From NCBI GenBank assembly GCA_964016885.1, contig OZ024747.1, positions 36,022,001-36,086,000 on the forward strand: 64,000 nucleotides of DNA, in the 5' to 3' direction. The stretch is from Eledone cirrhosa. Taxonomy: Eukaryota. The position numbers and the translations under genes were made by a program. This document shows positions 13,973 to 29,379 of this stretch, piece after piece. Below the pieces are notes generated by a model that saw only the letters and a list, made by a program, of their open reading frames with translations, was not told where the DNA came from and did no database searches. Every line of letters starts with the position of its first letter. Position 1 is the stretch's first letter.

Positions 13973-15933
13973 TTATACTTCTCTTAGGTCAGTGTTGTTT
14001 GTTTGGGTGTTGTTGTTGTTCCACTCATTCTTTCTGTTTAGCTTTGGTCTTCTAATTTCTATTTCACTGGCCTCTCTGATTTGCCTATCTGCTGGGTCAT
14101 TCCTATGTTTAGATATTATTCTAATTTCTATGTTGTCTATGTTACCGTCATGTTGTTGTCTAGCATGTTCGTATAGTACTGACCCGTTTTTTTGTCCTTT
14201 TAGTTCCCCCCAGTGTTGGTCTATCCTTTCACCTATGCTACGAGCTGTCTCACCTATGTATGTTGTTGTCGTGTTTCTGCAAGTACCCTCTGTACATCTT
14301 ATGCTATAGACTACGTTTCTAGTTTTACAGTTTATCCGGGGGTTCACCTTACATATGATACATTTCCTATTGGTACAGTGGGTTTTCTTAAAAGGGTAGG
14401 TTTTGCTGATCAGGGATTTTATGGTGGTTCCTGGCTTTTCTACCACCTTTATTTTTAAGTGGGTCTTTCTCAGGGCCTTTCTACACTGGTTAGCTAATTT
14501 CCCTCCAGGGGTGGCGTCCACAAACATGACACTCTGATATCTCTGGTTGTCGTACCATGATGTGGCCTTCCCTATCTTATGTCTAGCCCTATCTAAGCTA
14601 TTCCATGATTTGCTCCTGTATAGTGGGCAAATTCCTTTCATGTCCAGTTCTATGAGGGTCTTATACTTTTCCATGGCTCCTTCGTATACTCTGACTCTGT
14701 CTCTTTGGTTGTAGCCAGAGAACTGCATGCGGTTGATGAAGTGTTGGATGTGTCCTTCCATTTCTGTTGGGTCGCACATGCTGGACACATTCTTCATCAC
14801 TCGTACCAAATCTGCGATCAGAATATTAAACTTAGCACTACTGGACATTGCTGAGTTTTTGAGTATCAGGTATTTGGAGGCCATGGGTTTAGCATAGTGT
14901 GAGTGGAGAATTTGGGCTCTCTCGTCTATAGTGTTAATCCAGAGTTCTGTGTCTAATACAGGTAGTCTATTGTTAGGGTGTTTGGAAGGGAAGTCTATAG
15001 TTACAGTTATACTCTGGTGTATGGAATTAGCTATCTGCTGGATGCTTTCCATCGTGCTACGTTCTAAACCAAACTTGTTAGTGCTCTCTAGTGGGGGTGT
15101 TCTTATAACTATATTGATATCGTCTACATAACGAGAGTACATGATGAGGTCTATGGAGCTTTCATTAAGGAGGAGATCTTTAAGTCTCCTTTCCCACCAT
15201 ACCATGAAAAGGTTGGCAACATCACCAGCTATGCTGACGCCGATGGCTGCTCCCTCATTTTGGGTGTAGATTTTCTCATTGAACTTAAATATGTGGCCCT
15301 TTAGGGTAGTTTTGATACTAGCCCCTATTGCATGTGCGACCATTTTTCTTACCTGATCAGTGTTTTGGGGGGTCCGTATAGCTTTGGTCCACCCAATCCA
15401 CCTTCCTATGGGAGTCTTTTTAGCCATTGAGGTTATGGTGGGGGGTCTACCTCTTATAGGTCTACTAGGGCAGAAACATCTAAGGTCATGGCTGTCTAGG
15501 TAGTCAGTGTCGTAGGTAAGTCTAAGTAGTAGGCCCAGTTCGTCTGTGTCGACGTCGCAGAACTCCACCTCACTCTCAATGATCATCTCCACACATCTTT
15601 TCACAGCAAAATCAATGTTAATGGATGGGTACAGTGACACCACATCCATGCTGCCTATTATGCAGTTGGATAGGCTCCTGTTTTTGTTGCACTCACTGAT
15701 TCTGCTGAGGAGGTCCTCTGTACTTTCACATACATCTGGGGACATCTTGATTATGGGGCGTATAACCATTGAGAGGAAGTAGGAGATCCTGTAGTTGCTA
15801 GCTATATTAGCTCCGCATACGGGTCTTGTTGGTGGTCCTGTTGTCGGGTCGTCGACTGTCTTGTGGTCTTTGCGGAGCCCGTACAAGGGTGGTATGCCAT
15901 TGTTAGACGCCTGGAAGTTGTTGGCAGTGCGTC
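13973..15933 (-). CDS. PLE reverse transcriptase plus GIY-YIG endonuclease (open frame, 5'-truncated)
   Basis: LYGLRKDHK, TRPV, SMDVVSLYPSI, QNEGAAIG, YSRYVDD, LPVLDTELW, CTNRKCIIC, NVVYSIRC...YIGETARSIGERIDQH, RQIREA...LNRKNEW; the first ~36 aa of the track ORF come from the inverted arm. Confidence 0.92.
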
Positions 15934-16173
15934 TGCAGATGTGCAACGAAAGATTTATGTAAATTATGTAAACTATATATATATGTGTTTGTCTATATTG
16001 TATCTGTATTATTTTTGACCGCCGGTCAGTCAATGGCAACATTGAGGACCGAGTAAGTTAGATCGCAGATATATATATATAAAAGACAGCGAGAAGCGAA
16101 AACCAACCAAACAGTGAGTGTGTTCTGTTATTAATTCTGGCAATATTACGCAAATATGACCCTCCCCAAATAT

Positions 16174-16233
<60 letters not shown>

Positions 16234-16237
<4 letters not shown>

Positions 16238-16870
16238 AGTGTAATTTTCTACACAAAACGAAGGTTATAGAGAAAATTGAGGTTGGTAATGGCACATGGA
16301 ATATATAAGAGACAGAATACTTTTTTGTGAAAAAACATAATTTTATAAGGTAAGGAAATAATAAAGGGTATAAAAAATGACCGGTTTCGATGGGTCTGCA
16401 AAAGCCATCTTTTCAAATGTTGATTAATATTAAGAAAAATTAATAATACGAAGAGTTAAAACTTGAGATTTGAAAATTCAAGTATAAAATTCATTGTGGG
16501 ATTTCATAGCAGTTTTCATCTAGGTAGCAACAACAGGTTGACTGCTGTGTCCCTTTCTGTGTCCCTTTCTGCTGTGTCCCTTTCACTACCAGAAAGGGAC
16601 ACAGCAGTCAACCTGTTGCTGCTACCTAGATGAAAACTGCTATGAAATCCCACAATGAATTTTATACTTGAATTTTCAAATCTCAAGTTTTAACTCTTCG
16701 TATTATTAATTTTTCTTAATATTAATCAACATTTGAAAAGATGGCTTTTGCAGACCCATCGAAACCGGTCATTTTTTATACCCTTTATTATTTCCTTACC
16801 TTATAAAATTATGTTTTTTCACAAAAAAGTATTCTGTCTCTTATATATTCCATGTGCCATTACCAACCTC
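16234..16870. mobile_element. Near-perfect palindromic PLE 3'-end insertion with TTGAAAA-core HHR (~16728-16775; mirror ~16376-16420)
   Basis: Arms ~16277-16585 and ~16591-16870; at-TTGAAAA-gatgg...ccatc-GAAA-ccgg-TC-at; left terminus resembles 5228-5270; centre has reiterated ctgtgtccctttc. Confidence 0.8.
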
Positions 16871-18463
16871 TTTCTCAAGGTACGTGGACGATATCCTCAT
16901 CCTCACATCTTCCTAAGACACGGCGAACAGAATCTATGAGACGTTCAACAACACGGACGAGAACATTGACTTCAGTGTTGAACACCCCAACGAAGACGGG
17001 TCACTTGCCCTCCTCGACTTCCGAATCAACATCACGGAACAGGGAAGGATCCACTGCAACTTCTACCGAAAGGCACCTGTTCGTTCACTACAAGTCCGCC
17101 CTCCCTAACAGTGCCAAAAGAGGATACATCACGAACGAGATCGCGCGAATCAAAAACAGATGCAGCGATCCCGCGAGTGGTGTCACTCATACCAAGCGTT
17201 TCCTGGAGGTGCTGGAGACGAACGGGTACCCTACCTCGATCACAGACAGAATAGGAGACACCAGACACAAGAGAGAGAGAGAGGCACCCAAGGCAAGTGC
17301 TTCCTTAAAATTCCACATCTGGGCGAGAATACCACCAAAGCTATCCGCAAGGCTATACGGAGGGAGGGCCTCCACATCCACCTGGCCCACTCGGGCCCCT
17401 CCCGGCGAAGATGCCTCTCCAAGAAACCCGGGAAATCTACTGACGCATGCTCCCTCAGAGACTGCCTGATACGCCATGCGAACTGTTGCCTACGCACATA
17501 CGTCGTGTATAAGATAGAATGTGACAGGTGCAACCAATACTACATAGGTAGCACAATCCGACCTTTGCACATCTGGATCAAGGAACACACTAAAACCAGG
17601 GCCTCGTCTTTCCGGAAACACATAGACAAATGCGGAAACAAAGACGGAAGGCCCATTGTCACAATTCTAGCGACTGAAAGAAACGTCGGCACGTTACGTA
17701 TCAAGGAAGCACTTTTTATCAAACGCCTGCAACCGCAAATAAACAACCGATTAGAGAGAAGCGAAATGAGATGGCTGGTTTAAGTTAACAAACGATGTAG
17801 CAACACACAACACACGCACACACGCACACACAAACGAGACAACTAGACACACACACACACACAGTAGCATTCCACCATACGAACATACTACACTGCCAAT
17901 ACAGAGGAACAAGGCAACTACACACGCACACACACACACACTCAAGCGAACAACAACACACGCACACACACACAGTAACATTTAACAAACAGGCAGAGAA
18001 TGGACTGACAGCTAGCGCCACCCCAATCCCTCATTCGGCCGCTGACCTCTGCTCGACCGACCCCATTTCACGCGCACGCGCGCTCTGCCGAATACCTCAG
18101 ATATTCAAAACAACAAACAGCGGAGGACGCGTTTCGCAACTGTCCGACAGACAACCATTACCCCGGAAAAAAAAAACCCAGTTGATGGATGTGAATCCGA
18201 AATATATAGGGACTATTAAATCTCTCCCAAGGTAACTCTCTCTTGTGTTGTTATTTTTATTTTATCCTTTATACTCTTCCCTTCTTTCTTCTACACATTT
18301 ACACATCTTTACACACCACGCATCTCAACGTACACCCACTTACATCTCTCTCTCCACCACCGGATCTTGTTACCCGGAGATTTACCATTTGCATTGTCGA
18401 GGCTTCCAAACGACTTAAAGATATTTATTTATTATTCCACAATGCTTCAAGCAAACTTCAATA

Positions 18464-18470
<7 letters not shown>
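16871..18470 (+). mobile_element. 5'-truncated, frameshifted Penelope-like element
   Basis: SRYVDDILIL at the start, LFVHYKSALP, VVYKIECDRCNQYYIGSTIRPLH, LRIKEALFIKRLQPQIN; 3' UTR ends in (TA)n; decayed HHR ~18176-18212 (cc-CAGTTGA-t-ggat-gtga-atcc-GAAA-tata-TA-gg). Confidence 0.85.
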
Positions 18471-18499
<29 letters not shown>

Positions 18500-18503
<4 letters not shown>

Positions 18504-18832
18504 TTTGGGATTTTATGGGGAATAAGTTTTAGGCTTTTCAGCGACATTAAGGTTATACGTGCGCTCAATACATAATATCGTAACAACTACTTTGTCACCA
18601 TAACAAAGATAACTCGCATAATAATGAATATGACGATATATATAACACTCACATATCTATCTATCTATCAATTTAGATAGATATGTGAGTGTTATATATA
18701 TGCTCATACACATTATTATGCAAGTTATCTTTATGTTGACAAAGTAGTTGTTACGATATTAAGTATTGAGCACGTATAACCTTAATGTCGCTGAAAAGCC
18801 CAAACCGTATCCCCCATAAAATCCCAAACTTT
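18500..18832. repeat. Palindromic insertion adjoining (TA)n
   Basis: Arms ~18500-18665 and ~18675-18832, diverged; no convincing HHR. Confidence 0.75.
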
Positions 18833-20079
18833 TTAATGAAGAACATTACATTGAAAATGACATCAAATCTCTGAAGGACGAAATCTAAGAATGAAGGAAG
18901 GAATAAATATTTTAAACACATATTCAAACTTATTTTCATTTTGCCATACGGGAATTAATATTCATATATTTTTGCAACGTTCCTTACATACATTCACTCT
19001 CGTTATTCATATTTACAGAGTAATATAGTTTTAAACGCCTTACTTATCACACCCATAATTTAATACCAAATATGTTTAGATAAAGGGCCTAAACTGCTAT
19101 GTGTCCGTAAAAGGTGCAAAATAATATGTTCATGCTTTTCTTAATAGCATTCATGTAGATTTCAGAAATGACTTCGATATGAAATTCAAAACGAATTACA
19201 CTTTTAGTATATTTGTAAATGAAGTATTATTGTGAGATATCCAAACATCTTAGCAATCAGGTTACAGAGATATATCTTCATTCGCCATTATTTAAGTGTT
19301 TAAATATTTTCGATTCTAGTTTCTATATATTGTGAAACGAATTCTCGAAATATACAAGTTTTTAACGTATTTTCAGAAATCTATATTCGAACTTTTTAAT
19401 ATATCTATCTGCTCTAAGTAACACTGCAAACTAAAGAAAGATAATTAGAAAAACGCACATATATTCCGATCAATACGTCTTCATCGGAAGCGAAGAAAGA
19501 AGAGAATAATAGAGTGTATTTCTGCACAATACGCAACGATGAAATGTATTGCAATTCACTATTTCATAATTTACTATTAGTTTGTTTACAGGTTACAGCA
19601 AGACTGAACTACGTCTGGAATGAATGAATAGATTCTTCAGTTGAGTTTGTTTGTCTAACAAATAACGTTTGTTCCCAATGTCTATATTTAGAAGTGTTTA
19701 CCTAATATTGGAATTATCGTTTGAAATTGCTTTCCATTGCTAGTGATTATACATAATATATACTGTGTTGGGTAATTCAAAACAGAAGAAATCGAAAATG
19801 TTAATAAACGTCTAGAATTCATGTAAATAATAATGTGAGATTATCACATATGTTTACACATACCATCATGTATACAAACATACACACATGAACATATTTT
19901 AATCTAGGATCAGCATATGGAAAAAATCGGTTGTTACATTTAATTATTGTGGTTCATTGACTTGAAACCTATAATATATTTACGCATACTTAATGTAATT
20001 ACTTTTGTTTCAGATGAGGAAGTTTTGATATGTATGTATGTATATATTTATGTATGCATGTATGTATGTATGTATGTAT

Positions 20080-20750
20080 GTTGGTGCTACTGGTAACATG
20101 TATCCCAGTACAACCTGTCTCATGGACAGGTCGTTGGCGACTAAACTGGCAACCCCACCAAGGTTTCTTGGTGAGGAGGGTGACTTTGGACATCCTGCAG
20201 GACTAAAAACAAAACCTGTCCAAGGGCAAAGGAGCTCTTAAGAGTCAATGGCCATCCAAAATCACTGGGAGAGATGACCCCTTAGTCTTTGTCAAGGCAG
20301 AATTCTAGGAGAAGGAAAACTCTGATATAACACCTGCAACCCTGATGGTATCCAATGATGTTGACTTGTTCTTCTTTTTGGTAAATATCATCTTGGTTAA
20401 GAGAGTGGGACTGACTTTGTGCAGTGCCTTTGCTCACTATAAAAGCTTCACGGCACAGGCATTGCTTTGTATCTGGAGATATCTGCATTTGTCGTCACAT
20501 GGTACCATCGGCCCAACACTATGTGTCAATAATTATTACAGGTGCAGTGTTTGTACCAGAATTTTCAAGTCGCTGGCTGGACTAAAAAGTCACACTCGTT
20601 CAGTGCATCGGTAGGAGTTCTCCTACATGGATATAAAGTAGTCGCCGTTCGAAATCGAGTTGGCAGCCACCATGTATGTATGTATGTATGTATGTATGTA
20701 TGTATGTATGTATGTATGTATGTATGTATGTATGTATGTATGTATGTACG
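20080..20750 (+). mobile_element. Internally deleted RTE-clade LINE
   Basis: 5' UTR-like ctaggagaaggaaaactctg motif; C-terminal C2H2 finger CSVCTRIFKSLAGLKSHTRSVH*; (ATGT)n tail and upstream (ATGT)n. Confidence 0.6.
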
Positions 20751-20893
20751 CATGTATGTACATATATATATATAACACTGGAAGTTAATATCCGTAGTGC
20801 TAGAGCACTCAGGTAATCCGAGGTGAGGTTCCGCATAAGGTGAAACAATTGTTCTCAGTATGGTGAACTAACTGTTGTGTTGCTACTTCTGTG

Positions 20894-21387
<494 letters not shown>

Positions 21388-21567
21388 GCTTACGCCCTGC
21401 TAACTCTCTAGCCCACTAAATATTAACACTTCGAATATTTAATACTGCCGGCACTAGTATCGAGCACCTTTGGCATACGCTACTTGGCAAATAACTATAT
21501 GTATCACCTATCCTCCCCTTTTTTTCTCTTTCTCGATACGTAAATACTGTATATATATATATATATA

Positions 21568-22313
21568 TAATTAAGTTAAAGTGTACATCTACATATGTAT
21601 ACGGAAGTACTAGTATGCATATAAATACACACATGTATACATATTTACATGTACCGAGTTTTTCACTAGACACTTTACAGTGAGTGTCCAGCTAGTCTGT
21701 ATGTAAACAAACAGACGAACCGGGTTTTAAAGTCATACGAGTTTTCAAGGAAACACACTTCCTCTATTCTCCAGAGAGCCAGACAGGAATATTGGACTAG
21801 TTTCGATGTTATTACATCTCATCAGCAATATATACCCATCTTGTTTTTATCGTTTCCGCTGAACCGGTGCGCACAATGACTTACGTTCTATGCAAATTAG
21901 TCTGCCCACTACTGATTTTCATAGAAAAAGCATATAACGATATGTGCTTTTACAATTCTGCAGATAAGCCGGAAGATGGGTTATTATTGCTGATGAGATG
22001 TAATAACATCGAAACTAGTCCAATATTCCTGTCTGGCTCTCTGGAGAATAGAGGAAGTGTGTTTCCTTGAAAACTCGTATGACTTTAAAACCCGGGTCAT
22101 CTGTTTGTTTACATACAGACTAGCTGGACACTCACTGTAAAGTGTCTAGTGAAAAACTCGGTACATGTACATATGTATACATGTGTGTATTTATATGCAT
22201 ACTAGTACTTCCGTATACATATGTAGATGTACACTTTAACTTAATTGTTTAAGCGTCAGTCATACAAAAGTGAGTTAGAAGCGAAACGAAATTTAATTTC
22301 GTTTCGTTATTTG

Positions 22314-22318
<5 letters not shown>
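21568..22318. mobile_element. Palindromic HHR-bearing insertion in (TA)n
   Basis: Arms ~21568-21842 and ~21972-22246; tail 22247-22318 on the right arm only. Confidence 0.85.
21985..22025 (+). ncRNA. Canonical minimal type I hammerhead ribozyme (mirror ~21790-21830)
   Basis: tattg-CTGATGA-gatgt-aata-acatc-GAAA-ctag-TC-caata; GUC cleavage triplet. Confidence 0.88.
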
Positions 22319-22363
<45 letters not shown>

Positions 22364-22367
22364 TATA

Positions 22368-22614
<247 letters not shown>

Positions 22615-22625
22615 GAATATATATA

Positions 22626-22735
<110 letters not shown>

Positions 22736-22967
22736 TTATATATTAATATACATGATAAACACAGTTAGCTGGCATGAAATAAACTAATTAAAGTGAATAC
22801 AATTTGTCTGTCTCGATATAAGTCAATAAAGACAAGCTTATATTGGCAAAAGCCGTGATTCCTGGACAAATTTAAATAGCCAGCTATACTAGCCATCCCA
22901 TGCTCCCGGTGCTAGAAATAACAGCCGTTTATATGGGATTAAAGGTCAACTCTACAGTTAAGGAGCA

Positions 22968-23188
22968 ATATACTATATTATATTTAGAGATTAAACTCAT
23001 GGTCGTTTACAATTAATCAGCTCAAAGAAAGAGGCATTTCTGTGCAGTGAAATACAAGTTATATATTTATATATATGATAATATATATTAATATATAACT
23101 TGTATTTCACTGCTCAGAAATGCCTCTTTCTTTGAGCTGATTAATTGTAAACGACTATGAGTTTAATCTCTAAATATAATATAGTATA
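22968..23188. repeat. Inverted repeat (hairpin)
   Basis: ~22968-23065 mirrors ~23090-23188. Confidence 0.75.
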
Positions 23189-23259
23189 AGACACACACAG
23201 AAACAAAATGGCGTAGGACAGAAGAAAGGAAAGGCACAGAAACAAAGAAAGGAATCCCC

Positions 23260-23304
23260 AGTCACTGAAGAGGTCACAGAGTGTGTGACGAAAGTACTAT
23301 GACT
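23260..23304 (+). ncRNA. Canonical minimal hammerhead in a solo PLE 3' end (23190-23467)
   Basis: agtca-CTGAAGA-g-gtcaca-gagtg-tgtgac-GAAA-gtac-TA-tgact; element ends cccaaagtataac(TA)n like 3650. Confidence 0.88.
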
Positions 23305-23461
23305 ATATATAAACTACTATCTGGTTGTGGAACCAACCAACCAACCAGAAATTTATAAATTTGTAGATTTGTAACTTTATAAATTTATAAATATATAATA
23401 AATTGAAGTGAAAGCAACTGGTGCGTGTGTTTCTTATTGGCAACATGACCGTCCCAAAGTA

Positions 23462-23558
<97 letters not shown>

Positions 23559-23799
23559 TCAGGGAAATGGGAAAACTCGGCGTATGGAAGGTGATAGCAC
23601 AGCAAAATACCGTCGTAGCGGCGTTGGATAAAATATTACCTGGAAGGGCAGAGATCAACGGCTAGATGTGATATTTTACCCAACGCCGCTTCGACGGCAT
23701 TTTGCTGTTCTATCAGCTTCAAGACGCCGAGTTTTCCCATTTCCCTGACAATCCTTATACACTTGCGTCTCAAAAATTTATTTTCGAGTTAATTTGTTT
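23559..23799. mobile_element. Small palindromic insertion in (TA)n
   Basis: Arms ~23559-23638 and ~23668-23748; tail 23749-23799. Confidence 0.75.
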
Positions 23800-23806
23800 A
23801 TATATA

Positions 23807-23896
<90 letters not shown>

Positions 23897-23900
<4 letters not shown>

Positions 23901-25594
23901 TAAACTCCAGAATGACATAAATACATTCCTAAAAAAGCTGCGAACTACCAATGGAATTATTGTCGAAGCGGACAAAACCTCAAATGTGTATACGATGGTT
24001 GTTAATACATACAATAGCTTCATACGGAAAGAATTACATAAGAAATACAACAAATCTAATGAGGCGGCACGGATAAATATCAACGACGAGGCACACAATA
24101 TAGTCAACCACCTAGGAATAGACGACAGAACGGAGCCACTTAGGCCATGCACCACCACATTTAATCTCAAGCACCACAAGGTAAATTTGATTATAACCCC
24201 ACAATTAGACTTATATGCCCGTCCAAATCGGATATCGGGAAAATTAGTAAATATATATTAGACAGAGTGATAGCACAAATGAAGAATAAACTAGTGATTA
24301 AACTATGGGGTAACGCTACCGAAACACTTAAGTGGTTTAACAATATAGCTAACAAAATGTATCTAAATTTATACAATTTGACATTAACGACTATTACTCC
24401 TCTATATCCTCCAACACCTTGGATAAAGCCTTAGCATTCGCCAAAGCCAATTCTGACCTAACAAACGACGAGATAAAATCATATTAGTTGCTAGGAAAAC
24501 AATAATTAAATTTGAAAACGCCTATTGGGAACGTAAGGATAGGTTAAATAACTTTGACATCACGATGGGGGCTAACGACTCAGCTCAAGTCACAGATTTA
24601 GTAGGTATTTACATAGCCCATAGTTTACAGAGTGAGTGTAGCAACCTTCACGGTGGAATCTACAGAGACCACGCCCTTCTCCTAGTTAAGAACTACAAAG
24701 TATACGGTAAATAGAAATATAACATTGAAATCAAACAAGTCACGCAGTAGCAAATATATTTGGTATAACCCCATATTTAACACCTCTATTAGTACTAACC
24801 TACCCTCTACCTTCTTTAGAATAATAAATAAGCACTTTCCAGATTCACACAGATACACTAAATCTATTAGACTCCACGGCACCAAATATAGAGGCACACA
24901 TTAAGATGCTTAACGCTAAAAAGATACATAACAACACCACAACACTAATTTACAACAATAACAATGCAATTACCATTGAACACAACAGAATATCTAATAC
25001 ACAACCATCCACTAATAGGCAAACAAAACGTAACACACTTGTACAGGCATCGCAGCCCACCAATAATGCCAAAGTTGCCCATGACAAGAATTGTAACTGC
25101 CACCTACCTGAAACCTGTCTATTACATAATGAATGTATGCAGTATAACCTGGTTTACCAATGCACAGTGAAATCAGACAACCAGAAATGATATTACATCG
25201 GAGCGACTGGGTATACATTTAAAGCCTGTTATATACACACCGTTACGCAATGAAACATTCCCACATCGTTATGTAATTACCCTTGCAAACAAGACCTGGC
25301 AACTGAGGGAAAGTAAACATCCTGAAGTGGGAAAAATTATCGAACGCGCCCCCATATCGGAGTGGTATGAGAATCTGTCGATTATGTGACATTGAGCTGT
25401 TCCACATTTTGAGTTCGAAGAATAAGTTACTCAACAATAAAATCAAAAGATCAATTTATTGTAACCATAGACTCAAAGAGAAGTTTTCGCACAAGTGCAA
25501 ATCGAACCCATAACCTCTTACTACCAACTGACAAACTGCATATACTTAGACTTTATACCCTCTTGTTGTATCTAAACCCTTTTAATTACCCACA
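23897..25594 (+). pseudogene. Decayed Penelope-like element (YRDD-type family as at 41031)
   Basis: FNLKHHK, QFDINDYYSSIS, FDITMGANDSAQVTDLVG, GGIYRD, WYNP, NCNC...CLL...LVYQC, YIGAT; multiple frameshifts. Confidence 0.82.
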
Positions 25595-25794
25595 NNNNNN
25601 NNNNNNNNNNNNNNNNNNNNNNNNNNNNNNNNNNNNNNNNNNNNNNNNNNNNNNNNNNNNNNNNNNNNNNNNNNNNNNNNNNNNNNNNNNNNNNNNNNNN
25701 NNNNNNNNNNNNNNNNNNNNNNNNNNNNNNNNNNNNNNNNNNNNNNNNNNNNNNNNNNNNNNNNNNNNNNNNNNNNNNNNNNNNNNNNNNNNNN
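25595..25794. other. Assembly gap (200 N)
   Basis: Run of n. Confidence 0.99.
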
Positions 25795-28700
25795 GCTTCT
25801 TGAAATAAACATATCACATTGTGACTTGGAATCACTTCGTATTGTCGACACTGTTACGAATATTTTAAATCTGAATTTCGCTAACTCTACTGCAGTTTGG
25901 TTGCAGAGACATTTAGGAAAAAGTCAAATAAATATATTTGTCACGTGAATGGGGATTCTGTTTCCAAATATCAACATAACATTATACTTTCTTCTAGTCG
26001 ATCCATTTGAAAATTCAATTTTCCTTTAATTTCCAAATGGATATTATTTTAAAGAAAAAGTAACTCATTTTATGGAAGAGCATCAAGATAGTAGTCTTAT
26101 ATATATATATTAAGGAATATATGCCTATGTCGTGTTGTCACGAATTAAAACTTCATCAGATACTCTGCTGTAAAAAAATAACAACTCAATATAATAAATG
26201 GAATATGTTAAGTAACGTGTGGGTATTTTTATAAGAATGTCTGCTCGGTGCATGAATAGGTTCAAGCAATATTAATCGTGTCCATATAGAATAGGATTCA
26301 AATAATAATTTTAAAAAAACATAAAACCATCATCTAACGGATTGTAGAAAACTGATTCGGTGACTAATAAAGGCTACATCAAGTTTGTTCGTCTTATTAA
26401 GAACATACCCTACCGTACACATCGAAATAAATTCATATAACACAATTCTATAGTCACACATAGAACGTTTCTTCAAATGGGACAGGTATGTTAACGAAAA
26501 TAAATAAGCAGCAGCTCCATAGAAAATGTTTGACCTAGTGTGCTTGAAGCTCACATTCAACAAGGTCTACTTGATTATACAAAGTCACACGTCATCCGGT
26601 TAGTTTTCCAAAGAATAACTTCCAATATAATGTGTCAGATACAGGTAACATAATCTGTACTAAACTAGACACAATGCCAGTAATATTTAAAGAGAGGAAA
26701 GTAGAATAAATCAACCCCAGTGCTTTACTGGGGTTGATTTTACGAACCTAGAAAGAAGAAAAACAATTTGACCCCGTTCAGATTTGAAATCAGAATATAA
26801 AGTGCATTAAGAAATACCACAAGAATTTCTGCAAATCTTGTGATTTAATCATTATCATATAAAGTTAATTATATAATCTATACCCCGAGTCAAGCCTGGT
26901 GCGGCCATTTTTTTCTGCAAATGTTTCATACGTTAATTTTGGAAATGTTTAGAAAAATTATATTTTAATCACTAATTTTCTGCACGGAAACAACTAAGAA
27001 AGCGTTGTACCACTCGGTAAGATTTTATGTTTCTATGTTTATATAGGGTATTTATGTTTACCTAGGGAAGAAAATCATAATATCTACACTCAAATTTGTT
27101 GGTACGTATGGAGTACTACGCTGAACAGGCTTAGGATTAACAGGCAGATACCCACTTAGAATAGTCTTAGTCAAACGGATTTCTCATTAAAAGACAAAAA
27201 TGTTATCACTGTTAATATACACTGAACTTAACATTATTTAAAGCACACCTTTTACCTTTTAAGGTAGAACTGATTTATTGTATACTAGACTGCAAAATAA
27301 CAGCACACTACGTCAAGCTGATTGGAAATCGTACAATAATAATATCTGAAATCTGTTTATTCTTCAGAAGGAAACAAAATGAATTAATCTTATTTGAGAG
27401 CAATTATTAATAGCAATTAAAATAGTAAACTTATTTCTCTATGCGGATATATTCAAATATGAAATGACTATGGCAATAATCGTATAATAATATTCAAATA
27501 AATTCACTTTATTATTACCAAGTGCAATTATATCTGCGCCTTCATTCAATCAAGTTGCATACTTTTATCTAGTCAGCTCCAGTGTATTTTTCCACATGGT
27601 ATAATCTGCATTTTATGTTCTAGTACATTTATGATATAGCTTTGGATTGGTTTTATTATAGAAAACAATTTGGGTAAAATTTATGTTCCGTGGAAAATTT
27701 ATTGATGCAGATTTTATATATTCGTCACTATTATGCGATTAGATTCTCCTTAGATAAAATCATACTTAAAAGTAGGCGAGTGGTCTACTAAGTTCAACTG
27801 AAAGTATGCATTAAAATGTGACGTCTATATTCACTGCCCGTCGTATATGGTGATGAAATTATCAAAACGACAAAGTTAAAGACTTAGTTTTGATGGTTAT
27901 TTGGCACTAACTTCTGGAAAATGATAACCATTCGTTTGGTTATTCAACTGAAATAATTATGAAAATTATTTCCATTGCACACTCCAATAATTATTTTTAA
28001 TCTCCCTTTATCGTTCAATGAATCGAATAAAGTATCAATGTGTTAACTATTGGTTTTCGTACATATGTCTACTGAGAATATTTTAAAGTTTCATGTGTCG
28101 ATGACATAAAAGCTAGGGAAATATTGAGGTCAAATTACCGACAATTGCCTCGAAGGAATTTCTGGGTCCCTTTGGGTAAACTGAATCCAATATGATGTGT
28201 AATAGTGCAGTGGAGTATATGATTTAATAAGAATCTCGACTTTGTTATAACAGGAGAAAATATATTGATATTAACAGTTCCGAACTCAAGGTGATGTTGC
28301 TATACCTGGTATTTATGCAGGAGAATGAAGTTCTCAATAAATAAATGTTACAGCTTTTTAAGATCCAGGAAATTCTATGTGGTATAAAGCAATAAGATAT
28401 TTTTTCCGACGCAACTGTCGCAGAAAAGATCCAATCATAGTTATGACAATTTTACATAACTAAATTATGGATCACAATTTTAATTCCTTCCAATTTAAGC
28501 GACCAAAAATGGTTTTCAAGATTCTGACATTGTGAATGCAAGATCGGGATATTTAGTGTCATATATGAACCTAAATACTACAGGTTACATGAACCTTGAT
28601 ATTGTTGATACCTAGACTGAAATAAATTCTTCATTTTCTTGTCATTTTCTTCATGTAAATTTCTTATTATCTACCTATATAAAACTAAAAGTCTATGTTT

Positions 28701-29379
28701 ACATGCTTGCTTCCTTGTCTGTAAAGTAATACAGCCAAAAGGGCGCATAATTGGAAATACTTTGAAAAGATGTTGACCCTGAAATGGGAATACAAATGGA
28801 ATAAAACAAGTTTCGCTAAAATCGAATTATGCATTCCCGAGATATGGGGTTTTTCCAGGTAACTTCATAAATACCCAAAACGGTGCATGATGGAAAAGTA
28901 CTCCGAAAGTAACATAACTCTGCACACCTTCATAAATAGCCAAAACGGTGCATAAAGGCAATATTTACTCCGAAAGTAAAATAACGCTGAAATGGAATAC
29001 AAATGGCATAAAGCAAGTTTGGCGTAAATCGGACATAGACAATATTTTCATCATTCAAAATATATTCTTAAGTGAATAGGATTTAAAAAATACATTCAAA
29101 CATTTATTTTCATTGAAAATATTTTGAAAAATACAAGTTGTTTGTATTTTAAGTATTTATATTTCAGCTTTCTTTAAACAGACGATTAAAAAAACGATAT
29201 TTTAATTGTTAAAAAAAAAGATTTTAAGGTGAATATGACTGAAAATACGAGTTGTTTTTACAGTAAATGTTATATTTTTGCTTTCTTTAAACCGAATATT
29301 TTAATTATTTAGAAATATTTTCAAGTAAATGTGATTTCGGAAATACCAGTTGTTCGTACAGTAATTATTTATATTTTAA

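Larger units (their letters stand above)
13391..16178 (-). mobile_element. 5'-truncated Penelope-like element with a ~245 bp inverted 3' copy
   Basis: ~15934-16178 is the reverse complement of ~13433-13676; tail 13391-13432; (TA)n on both sides. Confidence 0.9.

Noticed and set aside
15934-16042. Apparent N-terminus (MLPLTDRRSK...) of the 689 aa ORF
   Set aside because: It is the inverted 3' UTR arm read through the junction, not real PLE protein.
18865-18892. Hammerhead-like tct-CTGAAGG-ac-GAAA-tc-TA-aga
   Set aside because: No stem II and an altered core; cannot be distinguished from chance.
25563-25851. ORFs containing X runs
   Set aside because: Artefacts of the N gap.
28080-28620. Coding-looking stretch
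   Set aside because: All frames are interrupted and no motif is recognisable.
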